Counted from the stretch's first letter, positions 1 through 13,230 are shown. The stretch is 64,000 nucleotides of DNA from Macrostomum hystrix (GCA_950097015.1 CATNEN010000001.1:19034001-19098000), one strand, 5' to 3'. The notes: a model not told the origin generated them from the letters alone. Made by a program: numbers and translations.

Positions 1-3000
1 ACTGGCCCACACAATCTACTGTCCCACACCCATCTACTGTCATCACCCGTATACTGTCCCACACCCATCTACTTTCCCACACCCATTTACTGTTCCACAC
101 CCATCTACTGTCCCACACCCAACTACTGCCCTACACAATCTACTGTCCCAAACCCATCTACTGTCTCACACTCATCTAATGTCCCACACAATTTACTGTC
201 CCACACCCATCTATAGTCCCACACCCATTTACTGTTCCACACCCATCTACTGTCCCACACCCATTTACTGCCCCACACAATTTACTGCCCCACACCAATC
301 TACTGGCCCACACAATCTACTGTCCCACACCCATTTACTGTCCCACACCCATTTACTGTCCCACACCTATCTACTGTCTCACACCCATCTACTGTCTATC
401 ACCCGTATACTGTCCCACACCCATCTACTTTCCCACTCCCATCTACTGTCCCACACCCATCTACTGTCCCACACCCATTTACTGTCCCACACCTATCTAC
501 TGTTCCACACCCATCTACTGTTCCACACCCATTTACTGCCCCACACCAATCTACTTTTCCACACCCATCTACTGTCTATCACCCGTATACTGTCCCACAC
601 CCATCTACTTTCCCACACCCATTTACTGTCCCACACCTATCTACTGTCCCACACCCATCTACTGTCTATCATCCGTATACTGTCCCACACCCATCTACTG
701 TCCCACACCCATTTACTGTCCCACACCCATTTACTGTCCCACACCCATCTACTGTCTATCACCCGTATACTGTCCCACACCCATCTACTTTCCCACTCCC
801 ATCTACTGTCCCACACCCATCTACTGTCCCACACCTATCTACTGTTCCACACCCATCTACTGTCCCACACCCATTTACTGGCCCACACAATTTACTGCCC
901 CACACCAATCTACTGGCCCACACAATCTACTTTTCCACACCCATCTACTGTCTATCACCCGTATACTGTCCCACACCCATCTACTTTCCCACACCCATCT
1001 ACTGTCCCACACCCATTTACTGTCCCACACCTATCTACTGTCCCACACCCATCTACTGTCTATCACCCGTATACTGTCCCACACCCATCTACTTTCCCAC
1101 ACCCATCTACTGTCTCACACAATCTACTGCCCCACACCCATCTACTGTCCCACACCCATTTACTGTCCCACACCCATTTACTGCCCCACACAATTTACGG
1201 CCCCACACCAATCTACTGGCCCACACAATCTACTGTCCCACACCCATTTACTGTCCCACACCCATTTACTGTCCCACACCTATCTACTGTCCCACACCCA
1301 TCTACTGTCTATCACCCGTATACTGTCCCACACCCATCTACTTTCCCACACCCATCTACTGTCTCACACAATCTACTGCCCCACACCCATCTACTGTCCC
1401 ACACCCATTTACTGTCCCACACCCATTTACTGCCCCACACAATTTACTGCCCCACACCAATCTACTGGCCCACACAATCTACTGTCCCACACCCATTTAC
1501 TGTCCCACACCCATTTACTGTCCCACACCTATCTACTGTCCCACACCCATCTACTGTCTATCACCCGTATACTGTCCCACACCCATCTACTTTCCCACAC
1601 CCATCTACTGTCTCACACAATCTACTGCCCCACACCCATCTACTGTCCCACACCCATTTACTGTCCCACACCCATTTACTGCCCCACACAATTTACTGCC
1701 CCACACCAATCTACTGGCCCACACAATCTACTGTCCCACACCCATTTACTGTCCCACACCCATTTACTGTCCCACACCTATCTACTGTCTCACACCCATC
1801 TACTGTCTATCACCCGTATACTGTCCCACACCCATCTACTTTCCCACACCCATCTACTGTCCCACATCCATTTACTGCCCCACACAATTTACTGCCCCAC
1901 ACCAATCTACTGGCCCACACAATCTACTGTCCCACACCCATCTACTGTCATCACCCGTATACTGTCCCACACCTATCTACTTTCCCACACCCATCTACTG
2001 TCCCACACCAATCTACTGTCCCACACCTATCTACTGTCCCACACCTATCTACTGCCCCACACCTATCTACTGTCCCACACCTATCTACTGTCCTACACCC
2101 ATCTACTGTCTCACACCCATCTACTGTCTCACACAATCTACTGTCCCACACCAATCTACTGTCCCACACCTATCTACTTTTCCACACCTATCTACTGTCT
2201 ATCACCCGTATACTGTCCCACACCCATCTACTTTCCCACACCAATCTACTGTCCCACACTCATCTACAGTCCCACACTCATCAACTGTCCCACACCCATC
2301 TACTGTCCCACATCCATTTACTGCTCCACACAATTTACTGCCCCACACCAATCTACTGGCCCACACAATCTACTGTCCCACACCCATCTACTGTCATCAC
2401 CCGTATACTGTCCCACACCCATCTACTTTCCCACACCCATTTACTGTTCCACACCCATCTACTGTCCCACACCCAACTACTGCCCTACACAATCTACTGT
2501 CCCAAACCCATCTACTGTCTCACACTCATCTAATGTCCCACACAATTTACTGTCCCACACCCATCTATAGTCCCACACCCATTTACTGTTCCACACCCAT
2601 CTACTGTCCCACACCCATTTACTGCCCCACACAATTTACTGCCCCACACCAATCTACTGGCCCACACAATCTACTGTCCCACACCCATTTACTGTCCCAC
2701 ACCCATTTACTGTCCCACACCTATCTACTGTCTCACACCCATCTACTGTCTATCACCCGTATACTGTCCCACACCCATCTACTTTCCCACTCCCATCTAC
2801 TGTCCCACACCCATCTACTGTCCCACACCCATTTACTGTCCCACACCTATCTACTGTTCCACACCCATCTACTGTTCCACACCCATTTACTGCCCCACAC
2901 CAATCTACTTTTCCACACCCATCTACTGTCTATCACCCGTATACTGTCCCACACCCATCTACTTTCCCACACCCATTTACTGTCCCACACCTATCTACTG

Positions 3001-4930
3001 TCCCACACCCATCTACTGTCTATCATCCGTATACTGTCCCACACCCATCTACTGTCCCACACCCATTTACTGTCCCACACCCATTTACTGTCCCACACCC
3101 ATCTACTGTCTATCACCCGTATACTGTCCCACACCCATCTACTTTCCCACTCCCATCTACTGTCCCACACCCATCTACTGTCCCACACCTATCTACTGTT
3201 CCACACCCATCTACTGTCCCACACCCATTTACTGGCCCACACAATTTACTGCCCCACACCAATCTACTGGCCCACACAATCTACTTTTCCACACCCATCT
3301 ACTGTCTATCACCCGTATACTGTCCCACACCCATCTACTTTCCCACACCCATCTACTGTCCCACACCCATTTACTGTCCCACACCTATCTACTGTCCCAC
3401 ACCCATCTACTGTCTATCACCCGTATACTGTCCCACACCCATCTACTTTCCCACACCCATCTACTGTCTCACACAATCTACTGCCCCACACCCATCTACT
3501 GTCCCACACCCATTTACTGTCCCACACCCATTTACTGCCCCACACAATTTACGGCCCCACACCAATCTACTGGCCCACACAATCTACTGTCCCACACCCA
3601 TTTACTGTCCCACACCCATTTACTGTCCCACACCTATCTACTGTCTCACACCCATCTACTGTCTATCACCCGTATACTGTCCCACACCCATCTACTTTCC
3701 CACACCCATCTACTGTCCCACATCCATTTACTGCCCCACACAATTTACTGCCCCACACCAATCTACTGGCCCACACAATCTACTGTCCCACACCCATCTA
3801 CTGTCATCACCCGTATACTGTCCCACACCCATTTACTGTCCCACACCGATCTACTGTCCCACACCCATCTAATGTCTCACACTCATCTACTGGCCCAAAC
3901 AATCTACTGTCCCACACCCATCTACTGTCATCACCCGTATACTGTCCCACACCCATCTACTTTCCCACACCCATCTACTGTCCCACACCAATCTACTGTC
4001 CCACACCTATCTACTGTCCCACACCTATCTACTGCCCCACACCTATCTACTGTCCCACACCTATCTACTGTCCTACACCCATCTACTGTCTCACACCCAT
4101 CTACTGTCTCACACAATCTACTGTCCCACACCAATCTACTGTCCCACACCCATCTACTTTCCCACACCAATCTACTGTCCCACACCCATCTACAGTCCCA
4201 CACTCATCTACTGCCCCACACCCATCTACTGTCCCACACCCATCTACTGTCTCACAGTCTACTGTCCCACACCAATCTACTGTCTCACACCTATCTACTG
4301 TCCCACACCTATCTACTGTCCCACACCTATCTACTGTCCCACACCTATCTACTGTCCCACACCTATCTACTTTCCCACACCCATCTACTGTCCCACACCC
4401 ATCTACAGTCCCACACTCATCTACTGCCCCACACCCATCTACTGTCCCACACCCATCTACTGTCTCACACAGTCTACTGTCCCACACCAATCTACTGTCC
4501 CACACCTATCTACTGTCCCACACTTATCTACTGTCCCACACCTATCTACTGTCCTACACCTATCTACTGTCTCACACCCATCTACTGTCCCACACCTATC
4601 TACTGTCCCACACCCATCTACTGTCTCACACCCATCTACTGTCTCACACAATCTACTGTCCCACACCAATCTACTGTCCCACACCTATCTACTGTCCCAC
4701 ACCTATCTACTGCCCCACACAATATTCTGTCCCACACCCATCTACTGTCCCACACCCATCTACTGTCCCACAAACATCACTGTCCCACACCCATCCACTG
4801 GCCCACACAATCTACTCTCCCACACCAATCTACTCTCCCACACAATCTACTGTCCCACACCAATCTACTCTCCCACACCTATCTACTGCCCCAGACAATA
4901 TTCTGTCCCACAGCCATCTACTGTCCGTCA
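1..4930. repeat. Satellite array, ~18-bp unit (TCTACTGTCCCACACCCA and variants) with higher-order repeats
   Basis: The unit is visible throughout. A block starting at 179 recurs at 2533 (2354-bp period), with ~240-bp sub-periods at 1141/1381/1621. The long ORFs here are artefacts of the repeat. Confidence 0.97.
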
Positions 4931-5266
4931 CCCACCCATGATGAGGCATTTGAGTCCCTAAAAACCCGGATGATGTCAACTGAAGTCCTGGCCTACCCAG
5001 TTTGTAGATGACGAGAGTGTGCGGATGGCGTCCATTAGACACTGACGCTAGTGATGGACGCATTGGGGCCTCTCTTGGTCAAATCCAGTCAGATGGTTTC
5101 GAAAGGCCAATAACATACTTCAGTAGAGCAATGAAAGAATCTGAAAAGCGATACCCCATCACTCGAAAGAACTCCTTGCCCTAGTAGATGCTATGAAGCA
5201 TTTCCGATTTTATCAAGATTTTTTTCACAAAGCCATTCTATTGTTATTAAGGCAAACTGAAGCTCA

Positions 5267-5320
5267 TTTGACGCCGCCCCCCTGACGTTTGGGGCTTGCG
5301 TATTTTGTTGTTGTTGTTGT
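5267..5320 (+). mobile_element. 54-bp retroposed 3' fragment with a (TTG)n tail
   Basis: Flanked by the 9-bp direct repeat TGAAGCTCA (5258-5266, 5321-5329). A small stem-loop precedes the microsatellite tail. Confidence 0.6.
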
Positions 5321-5400
5321 TGAAGCTCAATGAATTCTATGGCGATGGATTGAATGAGTTTCAGTTCGATATCGAACACAGAAACGGCGCGAAACATGCC

Positions 5401-5709
5401 TGTCGCGGAAAAGTGCTTATGTCCAGTAATTTTACCCTTAGTCTCTATCTATTTCTCATCGCGGCTTTAATGTGCTCATCACTCCGTTCAATTAATGTAC
5501 ACGTAGTAACTTATCGATCGCCCAACTAAATCTTGTTATTGTCAGCCATGCTCACTCAGCTGTACCCCTGTCACGACCCACCCCTCCCTTATCGGCTTAT
5601 GCCCCCCATGTTAGCGCAATAAATAAACTGTTGAAGGCCTAGAGCTTCTACTGGAGCTTGTTTACCGTCACCTAAACCATCGCTCTTACGATCTAAAAGT
5701 TTATTCACA
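5401..5709 (+). mobile_element. Solo LTR (309 bp)
   Basis: TG...CA ends, 5-bp TSD ATGCC (5396-5400, 5710-5714) and an AATAAA signal. Removing it restores KHANADSLPR in the host pol. Confidence 0.88.
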
Positions 5710-6305
5710 ATGCCAACGCTGACAGTCTGCCCAGAAGACCCGCTGAAGTAGCCGAGATTGACCAGACAAGCAACCCCATTCCCCCACACACTAACGAGAC
5801 AGAAACGCAAACAGAGCCACTTCCCGTAGTGAAAGTGAGTCAAATTGAGCAAGATTGTGATCCTTCCCGAATCATCCCATGGGCGATTCGACGGGCAAAC
5901 CAGCAAAGCTCCCTGAGGTTATGCAATTCAGAAAAGAGATTTCCGAACCCAGCAAATTGGAGTCACCCAAACCCTCTCACAATGTATCCGCACTGAGCTC
6001 CAGCATTACGCCATCGAGCCGAGATACGGAGGATATGGAATCACCAATTGTGCACAGAGTTGACAAATTATTAACTGACTACCTCCCCACCCCACTGAAG
6101 CGAGAGCAGATGATTAGTGCTCAGCATGAAGACCCATCCATTTCCACCCTGCTACAATGGAAAGAAAGCAAACTCACGCAAGCCCCACCAACCCAGAAAT
6201 CAGACCCCCAGAGTTGAAACAGCTAAGCAAGGCGTACCCAGAAATGGAATTGGAACAAGGAAGGTTAATCATTCGCGAAGGCATTAAAAATTGTACTCCC
6301 CGTGT

Positions 6306-7290
6306 TGTAGTGTCGGCATGTTTATTTTATAATGCGTATATGTCTACTTGAAGTAACATATTCGCGCACTCAACATTAATGAATATTATAATGTATGTTA
6401 AGAACAAGAACAATATATTAAGAACAAGTGGCGCGGCCGGCACCCAGGCTTTGATGAGGGTTGGGGCGGGCGGTTGACTATATAACTGACTATTGCGTTG
6501 TCATTTTGTTTCTATCGTCGTGTGTCTTTTCGCGTGTATTTTCGTGCGTCTTTCGTTGCAATCGTTGTAACGCATCCTAGTATTAGATACCGGGACAGGT
6601 AAACCCGGTCCAACTACGAGTAGCTAGTCGAAGAATACCCCACACTCAATCCCATGTCAGTAAGTAGCTTGCGCTGAGCTCGGCACGTCTGGCCAACTGC
6701 TGACGGAGTGTTAGACAGGGATTGGCAAGCACGGAAGTACTTTCCATATCGCCGACAATCATCGGTGGGACGCCGTCAATTTGACATTAGGTGTGGCACG
6801 ATAGAACTATCGTTGTGCCATAGTGCGGAAGTGCTTGCTGGTCGCCTCGGTTTCAGACTAGGGACTTTGGGTTAGGTTTTGTGTTATTCGTCTTGTTTTG
6901 TCATAGGGACTATCTGTTTGTCTAGGAGTTATTTGTGCCAATTGTCACGTTATTTCGTGAGTTCTTGTTGGTGTCCAGAGCATTTTCGAATAGAGTTCGC
7001 GTGTTCTTGTGTTGAGGCCACCGAGATTTTGTTAGTAATTTACCAGTGCGAATTGTGACTTTAATATTTAATCAAGTACAGTACCTGGCAGGGAACGGAA
7101 AGAGCGCTCACTCATAGCTTTCTCTTGTTAACTAATTAACACTTAAATATCAGCTGTTTAGCTTGGAATCCTGAATCGTCTTGTCTTCGTTATTTTCGAG
7201 TTACGGCAATAGAGTCTCTCGCAAAAAGTAGGACACCCGACCTCATTTAGGGATCTCAACGTAAAGAGAGACCTAAGTCAAAATATCACA
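6306..7290. mobile_element. Solo LTR (985 bp)
   Basis: TGTAGTG...ATCACA ends and a 4-bp TSD GTGT (6302-6305, 7291-7294). Confidence 0.78.
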
Positions 7291-7420
7291 GTGTCCCTGG
7301 ACAAGCTTGTGCTAAGCGATTTGAAAATTAAATTAAATTAAATTAAATAAAATAAAAAAGTACCTGCCTGCAAATACCTGCATGTAAAAAACACATACCT
7401 ATATAATATTTTTAATTAAA

Positions 7421-8063
7421 ATGTCAGTAGATCGATTTGGATGTGCCATCAACTTTAGTGGGGGAGCAACTATTAATGCAGAAGGAGTCACAATTACTCA
7501 AAAAGATAAAAGATATTATAAAAAGATGAAGTATATCGCGAAGTGAAGTTTATAAAAAAGATGAGGTGTATCCACGAAGCGAATTATATACTCGTGACGA
7601 GGTATACCCACAAAGTGAATTATATACTCGTGACGAGGTATACCCACAAAGTGAATTATATACTAGTGACGAGGTATACCCACAAAGCGAATTGTATACA
7701 CGTAGTGAAGTCTATCCGCGAAGCGAAGTTTATCCGAAGGAACTTGTAAATACGAGTAATAATATGGAAATTGATAGATTTCTAAAACCATTAGACCCAA
7801 ATCTTTAAGGGTTTTCTTCAGCAATTTGGGATAATGTTAATGGATCTCTAGACGCTTCATGTACATTTGTTGCTCCATCAAATAATGAAAAAAAATAATA
7901 CATTTCTTAGAAAAATATAAAGACTTATAATTTATGGTGAAAATATTACATTATTTGAGTGTGGTTGGAAAACAGTTCGGTGATGAAATTCCTGCTCACA
8001 CGTCGCCTCTTGCGAGCCTGCGGCCTTTATTTCCTTGGGGAAAACTTGATCCAATTCAAATAA
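7421..8063 (+). pseudogene. Degenerate ORF with YTxxE(V/L) repeats, possibly a virus/Polinton-like fibre protein relic
   Basis: Starts MSVDRFG at 7421. A 30-bp tandem repeat encodes YTRDEVYPQSEL. Contains stops and frameshifts, and is cut at 8063 by the candidate transposon end. Confidence 0.35.
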
Positions 8064-9005
8064 CCCGGTGGGACAGCTTTTTGGGGCGCAGGGTGGGGCG
8101 CCGTGCGCCCCGCTATACGCCTTCCCTTCCCGCCGCCTGGGCGCTGGGTGACTTTGCTATACGCCCCCGCTATACGCCCACCCGCCAATGGGGCGCAGGG
8201 TTTTATTAACATCACTTTTTCGCGGTTTTTTATCTTTTCGTGTAGTACACGTGACTTGTGGTTGCAGAAAAATATTATTTCACCTTTAACATGTCTAGTT
8301 GCTCTGAAATTTGGCAATATTGTTTGCATTATTTTCGAAATTTTCTTTCACGTATGCAAAAATAATTGGAGGAAGATTAATTCGCCATGTGCTACTATTA
8401 GTAGAAACGATAGGATACTGTTTCAGTCATATCCTATAGCTCATTCCTTCCGAAAGACCTGTACATGTAGACTGCAATTATATGACTCTGCATGACAACT
8501 TAGTGTAATAGCTAGCTAGTATATAAAACATGGTTGTTTCTAAATTTCTGTTTCCTCTACATTTATCATAGAGCATAGGGACTCAAAATTCGTCGAGATC
8601 AATCTGGATTAAAGGAGGTCCCAAAATCGATTCCGTGCCTTCCCTAGATTCCCTAGATTAGTAGGGTGAGAGGTAGATCAGTAGGGTGAGAGGGAGAGCA
8701 GGTAGGGTGAGTGGGGGATCAGGTAGGGTGAGAGGGAGAGCAGTAGGGTGAGAGGAAGTGTGGTAGTGAGATGCAGTAGAGTGAGAGGAAGTGTGGTAGT
8801 GAGATGCAGTAGAGTGAGAGGAAGTGGGGTAGTGGGATGCAGTAGAGTGAGATGAAGTGGGGTAGTGAGATGCAGTAGAGTGAGAGGAAGTGGAGTAGTG
8901 AGATGCAGTAGAGTGAGAGAAAGTGTGGTAGTGAGATGCAGTAGGTAATCCGAGTTGAATTGTATTTACAAATGTTCCCAGGTGTACAGGGAAGTCAGTT
9001 CTTTA
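8064..9005 (+). repeat. Left terminal/subterminal region
   Basis: Three GCTATACGCC motifs (8112-8180), an AGTAGGGTGAGA-type minisatellite and a ~59-bp unique segment (8947-9005). The minisatellite and unique segment are inverted at 53254-53563. Confidence 0.8.
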
Positions 9006-9033
9006 GCAGCAGGTCTACCGGCTCTGCACTGAG

Positions 9034-10944
9034 ATGCTCGCCGCCGCGGAAGCATGTATCCCCAAGAAGGTGTCCGCCAAAAATAAGCCCTATTGGGACG
9101 AAGAACTGGCCGCTGTCCGGGACGAAAGAAACCGGCTTAGGCAGAGTGGTAACGACCCAGAGACCCTGCAGGCCAAAAGTGCCGAACTTGCAAAACTCTG
9201 CGCGGAAAAGAAGGCGAAATTCTGGAAAGATTATGTCGACGAACTTCAAGAGAGCTCGGATCCCAAGAAGGTCTGGAACACCATCAAAACCCTAAGTGCG
9301 GGCAATAAAAACGAGGCACCCAACGAGATCCTCGTGATCGAAGGGAAGGAATTCCACTCGGACATGGACAAAGCCAACGCGTTCTGCCGGCACTATGCCA
9401 ACATTAGCAAGCTGAAGCATGACAAGAACGACCGCAGAACCAAAGTCCTCACCGCGAAGCGCCTAGCCGAGTACCCGAAGGGGGACCAAGATGAAGAACA
9501 AGACTTCAATTTGGGCGAGCTGAAAAGTGCCATCTCCAACATGGACGCCACCAAAAAGTGCGGGCCCGACGGCGTGGAGGTCGCCTTTTTCAAGCATCTC
9601 CCCCAGAATTGGCTCACCGCCTGGTTGCAGGTGTTCAACCGCTGCTGGCGAATTGGACACTGCCCGGGGGTCTGGAAGAAGGCCATCATTATCCCGCTGC
9701 TGAAAGATGGCAAGGATCCGCAAGAGTGTGGCAGCTACCGCCCTGTCAGCCTTACCTCGGTTTGTGTCAAGATCATGGAGCGCATGGTTCTAAACAGACT
9801 GTACTACTGGTTGGAGAAGAATAACATCATTCAACCGTGGCAAGCCGGCTTCCAACGGGGCCGCAGTTGTGAAGAACAAGTCGCACGCCTTGTCCAAGAG
9901 ATCCAGGACGGATGGGAAAAACATCCTCACTGGAAGACCATCGCCATTACCCTGGACTGCTCCAAAGCCTTCGACCGTGTGTGGAGGGCCCGGCTCATCG
10001 CGCGCCTGATGGACGAGCGTGTGCCAGGCCGTATGGTAAACTGGTTCGCCAGTTTTCTGGAAGGGCGGCAAATTGCAGTTCGCCTCGGAACTACTATTGG
10101 GAAGTGGCGACCCCTCTGCGAAGGTGTTCCGCAGGGAGCCGTCAGCTCCCCAGTCCTGTTTCTCCTGTACATTAACGATTGGAAAGACAAGATGGTCCCT
10201 AGTGTCTCCTATGGAGGCTTCGCTGACGACCTGAGCGTCTGGACCACTGGCCGCAATCTGAAGGAACTGCAAGAGCGCCTGAAGAAGGCTCTGGAGCTGA
10301 TCGAAAAATGGGCTGACAACCTGCGCATTGAGCTGAACCCCATGAAAACGGAAGTTTGCGTGTTCTCCCGTGACAAAGCGGATAGAGATTGTCGATTGGA
10401 CTTACATATCTGTGACCAAGCCATCAAACGCAGCGCGGCGATCCGCTACCTGGGTGTCTGGATTGACCAGGGGCTTCTGTTCGCTCGGCAAACCCAGGAG
10501 GCCTGCGACAAGATTGGCAAACGAACTGCCATCCTTCACGCCCTCGCCCATCGTGAATGGGGCTGGGACAGGAAGCTCCTCGCGTCCATCTATAAGGCCA
10601 TCGTGGAATCAGTGGTCTGGCATGCGGCGGCGGTCTGGATGCCCTGGCTACCCACCTGTCGGCTCGAGGACCTCGACTGTGCCCAGAGAGCGGCGCTGAG
10701 AGTAGTCACCGGCCTCCCGAAGAGAGCATCAAACGAAGCGGTCATACTCGAAGCTAATGTGACCCCCATTAGTATTGAAGCCAAAAGAAGAGCCCTGATC
10801 GCGGTGGAGAAAGCCATGCGCAGACCGACCTCGGACCCCTGGCGGCAGCTCTGCGAGCGCAAGACCAACGTCCGCCTTACCGCCAACAAAGGCCTCAGAG
10901 AGCAAGCTCGAGCCGTTGCGGAGCAGCTCCTCGACGGCCCGTGA
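9034..10944 (+). CDS. LINE reverse transcriptase (endonuclease missing; frameshifted from the RNase H part)
   Basis: Motifs GPDG, YRPVSLTS, QAGF, DCSKAFD, GVPQG, FADD and YLGV. Confidence 0.92.
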   Translation: MLAAAEACIPKKVSAKNKPYWDEELAAVRDERNRLRQSGNDPETLQAKSAELAKLCAEKKAKFWKDYVDELQESSDPKKVWNTIKTLSAGNKNEAPNEILVIEGKEFHSDMDKANAFCRHYANISKLKHDKNDRRTKVLTAKRLAEYPKGDQDEEQDFNLGELKSAISNMDATKKCGPDGVEVAFFKHLPQNWLTAWLQVFNRCWRIGHCPGVWKKAIIIPLLKDGKDPQECGSYRPVSLTSVCVKIMERMVLNRLYYWLEKNNIIQPWQAGFQRGRSCEEQVARLVQEIQDGWEKHPHWKTIAITLDCSKAFDRVWRARLIARLMDERVPGRMVNWFASFLEGRQIAVRLGTTIGKWRPLCEGVPQGAVSSPVLFLLYINDWKDKMVPSVSYGGFADDLSVWTTGRNLKELQERLKKALELIEKWADNLRIELNPMKTEVCVFSRDKADRDCRLDLHICDQAIKRSAAIRYLGVWIDQGLLFARQTQEACDKIGKRTAILHALAHREWGWDRKLLASIYKAIVESVVWHAAAVWMPWLPTCRLEDLDCAQRAALRVVTGLPKRASNEAVILEANVTPISIEAKRRALIAVEKAMRRPTSDPWRQLCERKTNVRLTANKGLREQARAVAEQLLDGP

Positions 10945-11893
10945 ACCGCTGGAATGGGCTCGTGCCCCACCGTGGCTGAATCTGACGCAAGCGAACCTAG
11001 CGCTTTTCGCCACCCTGTGTGAACCAGGCAGCCGGGAGGACGCTGTGGAGATCAAGAAAAAGGCGGCGCTCGACACGATCCGGACACGCTGCGGGACAGG
11101 AGCCCATTACTATACGGATGGCTCAGCGGCGGAGGGCACGACTAATGGCGGCGCGGCCTGGGTTTGTTTCACCTCGCCCGACTCAGAGGCGGTTGCTCGC
11201 TCTGGCCGCCAGCCAGTGGGCCGATGGTGCAGCTCCTTCGAAGCCGAACTGGTTGCCCTGGCGGCGGCGCTAGAGGACATCCGCGCGACTCAGCCCGACC
11301 AAGCCTCGATCTTCACTGACAGTCAGGCAGCCATTCGTGCCCTCTCCGCTGACCGCACCACCATGGACCCAAAGCTGGAGAACGTGAAGCGACTTGTCCG
11401 GGAAGTCCTTCAGCGCTCGCAGCTAACTATCCAATGGATCCCTGGCCACTCGGAAATTCATGGAAATAAAGTCGCCGATTTTGAAGCCAAGCAGGCCTCC
11501 CTCATGGACCAGAGCGCGGTGCCTATCTCGCAAGGGGCCGCGAAAAATCGCATTAGACGCGCGCTCAGGTATGAACCTGTCCTGACGGATCACCTGCTGG
11601 AAGTCTACAGACACCCGCTGATCCAGCACCAAGGTTGCAGGAGAGAACAGGTCTTGATCGCCCAGATCAGGTCCGGACACTGCCCGAGCTCGAGCTACTA
11701 CCAGCACCGCATTGGAGCAGTCGCGACCAGGATCTGCAGGCTCCGTGACGACCAGGTCGACCAGTTCCACGTGCTGAACTGCCCCGCTCTCGACATCACC
11801 CGGATTAACATTGGTTGCACCCTTATGGGGGACCTGGCCGATGGTCGTTTGGTGGCGCGACTTCTGGAGGCCCTGAATTGGCGCCCCCTGTAA
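10916..11893 (+). CDS. LINE RNase H + C-terminal zinc-knuckle-like region (continuation of ORF2 after a frameshift near 10935)
   Basis: Motifs YTDGS, AELVAL, IFTDSQAA, WIPGHSEIHGNKVAD, RSGH and HVLNCP. Confidence 0.88.
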   Translation: MRSSSSTAREPLEWARAPPWLNLTQANLALFATLCEPGSREDAVEIKKKAALDTIRTRCGTGAHYYTDGSAAEGTTNGGAAWVCFTSPDSEAVARSGRQPVGRWCSSFEAELVALAAALEDIRATQPDQASIFTDSQAAIRALSADRTTMDPKLENVKRLVREVLQRSQLTIQWIPGHSEIHGNKVADFEAKQASLMDQSAVPISQGAAKNRIRRALRYEPVLTDHLLEVYRHPLIQHQGCRREQVLIAQIRSGHCPSSSYYQHRIGAVATRICRLRDDQVDQFHVLNCPALDITRINIGCTLMGDLADGRLVARLLEALNWRPL

Positions 11894-11908
11894 GTCGCAC
11901 ACCGCATT

Positions 11909-12100
11909 CAACAACAACAACAGCGGCAACAACAGCAGCAGCCGCAGCCCAGCAGCCCCTGGCAGCTGCTGCCCACCACTGTGGGCCCGACCAGTGGTGC
12001 AGTCCAGTGGTGGAAGATGAAGGGAGGGGCCGGGGCGGCCACTAATTTCTCGCCGCCGAGGCCTCGGTGCCCTCCCTCCCGAGGACCGGGCAAGAAATAA
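11909..12100 (+). pseudogene. 5'-disrupted copy of the polyQ micro-ORF (paralog of 44348-44584)
   Basis: Reads QQQQ..PSSPWQLL..VQWWKMKGGAGAATNFSPPRPRCPP..KK*. The downstream 12100-12370 closely matches 44585-44855. Confidence 0.75.
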
Positions 12101-13069
12101 AAAGGTTTGTCTAAGCTACCTTTATGTGATACCTTTATTCCTCAATTCTTAATCATTAATCGTTCATTCTTTAAATAAGCGCTAGTAGTAAAATTATACC
12201 CGTTTGCATGTGTAAGTTTTCATTGACTGTGGTAAAACAAGATTTACTTTTTGCCATTATAGCACCATTTATCAAAATGCGATTGTCACACCACAATGCT
12301 AATGCAATATTACAACCTAGCAAAATTTACTCACATTCAATATGATTTTAGCCATAATGTCATACGTCGTGTCTTGTCGTGTTCATGTTTAAATTGAAAA
12401 TTGCATGAGCCATCCTCCAAGCTTTATAGCAAGTTTATCTGCTAATTTAAAGAAGCAGATAGCAACTGCGTACGAAGATAACCCCTCACTCCACCTTCAT
12501 GCTGTCCAATAACGAGCTGCTAACACACCTCGAAACCTCCCACTTCGTCATTTCAGACGCATGCATTTCATACCTGGAATGTATATTTGGAATATTTTGG
12601 AATACATCTTTGCTTGTTGTCTTCCTTTATTTCACTCATATTTATTTATTAGCTTGATGCACAGCCTAAATGTTTAGCTTCTTAGCTTTAGCTCAGCATG
12701 ATAACCAACATACGAGTATTTATCGAGCACTCCTTGCTTCGTGTTCCTGCACTTGCTTTGCTTGCCTGCTTTGCTACAATTCGTAGCTAAAGTACATTTT
12801 TTTCATTTCTACTAACATTTCTACTAAGCTGCTACTAACATTTACACTCCGACCCTTAAGCTAGCTCACCTTAAAGATTCGCATGCTTCCCATCTGATTA
12901 CAGGCAATCGTTATAGACAAAGATAAATATGTAAATTGGGTCTGAAACATTCCATATTTTTTCCAGACGTTCTCCATGAACACCTGACGCCTGGTACATG
13001 GTCAGGTGTGTCAAGAAACGGAAGCTTCGGATGACATTGATATTAGTGTATATTCTAAGACTGCTCCCC

Positions 13070-13230
13070 AGAAGTTCGAGCGTCATGAAACTGTTGCCGT
13101 ACAGTTCAGCGGCATAATAACTGTAAAATAACTGGTCGTCGAGAGAAATAAATTCGAAGATAAGTTTTTATTACTTAATAGACACAACAGGCATTTTGTA
13201 CGAGAGAAAAGCCTAAAGTGCCTTTATCAG
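13070..13230 (-). pseudogene. CACTA transposase relic
   Basis: TCATGAAACTGTTGCCGTACAGTT is shared with 32771-32794; AAELYGNSFMT here versus AAQLYGNSFMT in transposase A. Confidence 0.65.

Larger units (their letters stand above)
4935..6305 (+). pseudogene. Ty3/Gypsy pol relic (RT connection/RNase H region), disrupted
   Basis: Motifs HDEAFESLK..VLAYP, LDTDAS, ERPITYFSR..EKRYPIT and EFQFDIEHRNGAKHA|NADSLPR (split by a solo LTR). Contains stops and frameshifts. Confidence 0.85.
9007..11920 (+). mobile_element. 5'-truncated non-LTR retrotransposon (I-group, RT + RNase H) with a (CAA)n tail
   Basis: RT ORF, RNase H ORF and C-terminal Cys/His motif. The CAA tail at 11909-11920 runs into a CAG/CAA tract. 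Confidence 0.9.

Noticed and set aside
179-5011. 784/802/379-aa His/Thr/Pro-rich ORFs
   Set aside because: They are translations of the 18-bp satellite, and the frame wanders with unit indels.
7934-8063. In-frame fusion of the left-flank ORF with 54225-54418 as proof of the empty site
   Set aside because: Collapsing the AA duplication gives stops near the junction in all frames, so it is not supporting evidence.
9393-11932. Many antisense and alternate-frame ORFs over the LINE (also over 15600-19300 and 22000-24200)
   Set aside because: Shadow ORFs of GC-rich coding sequence.
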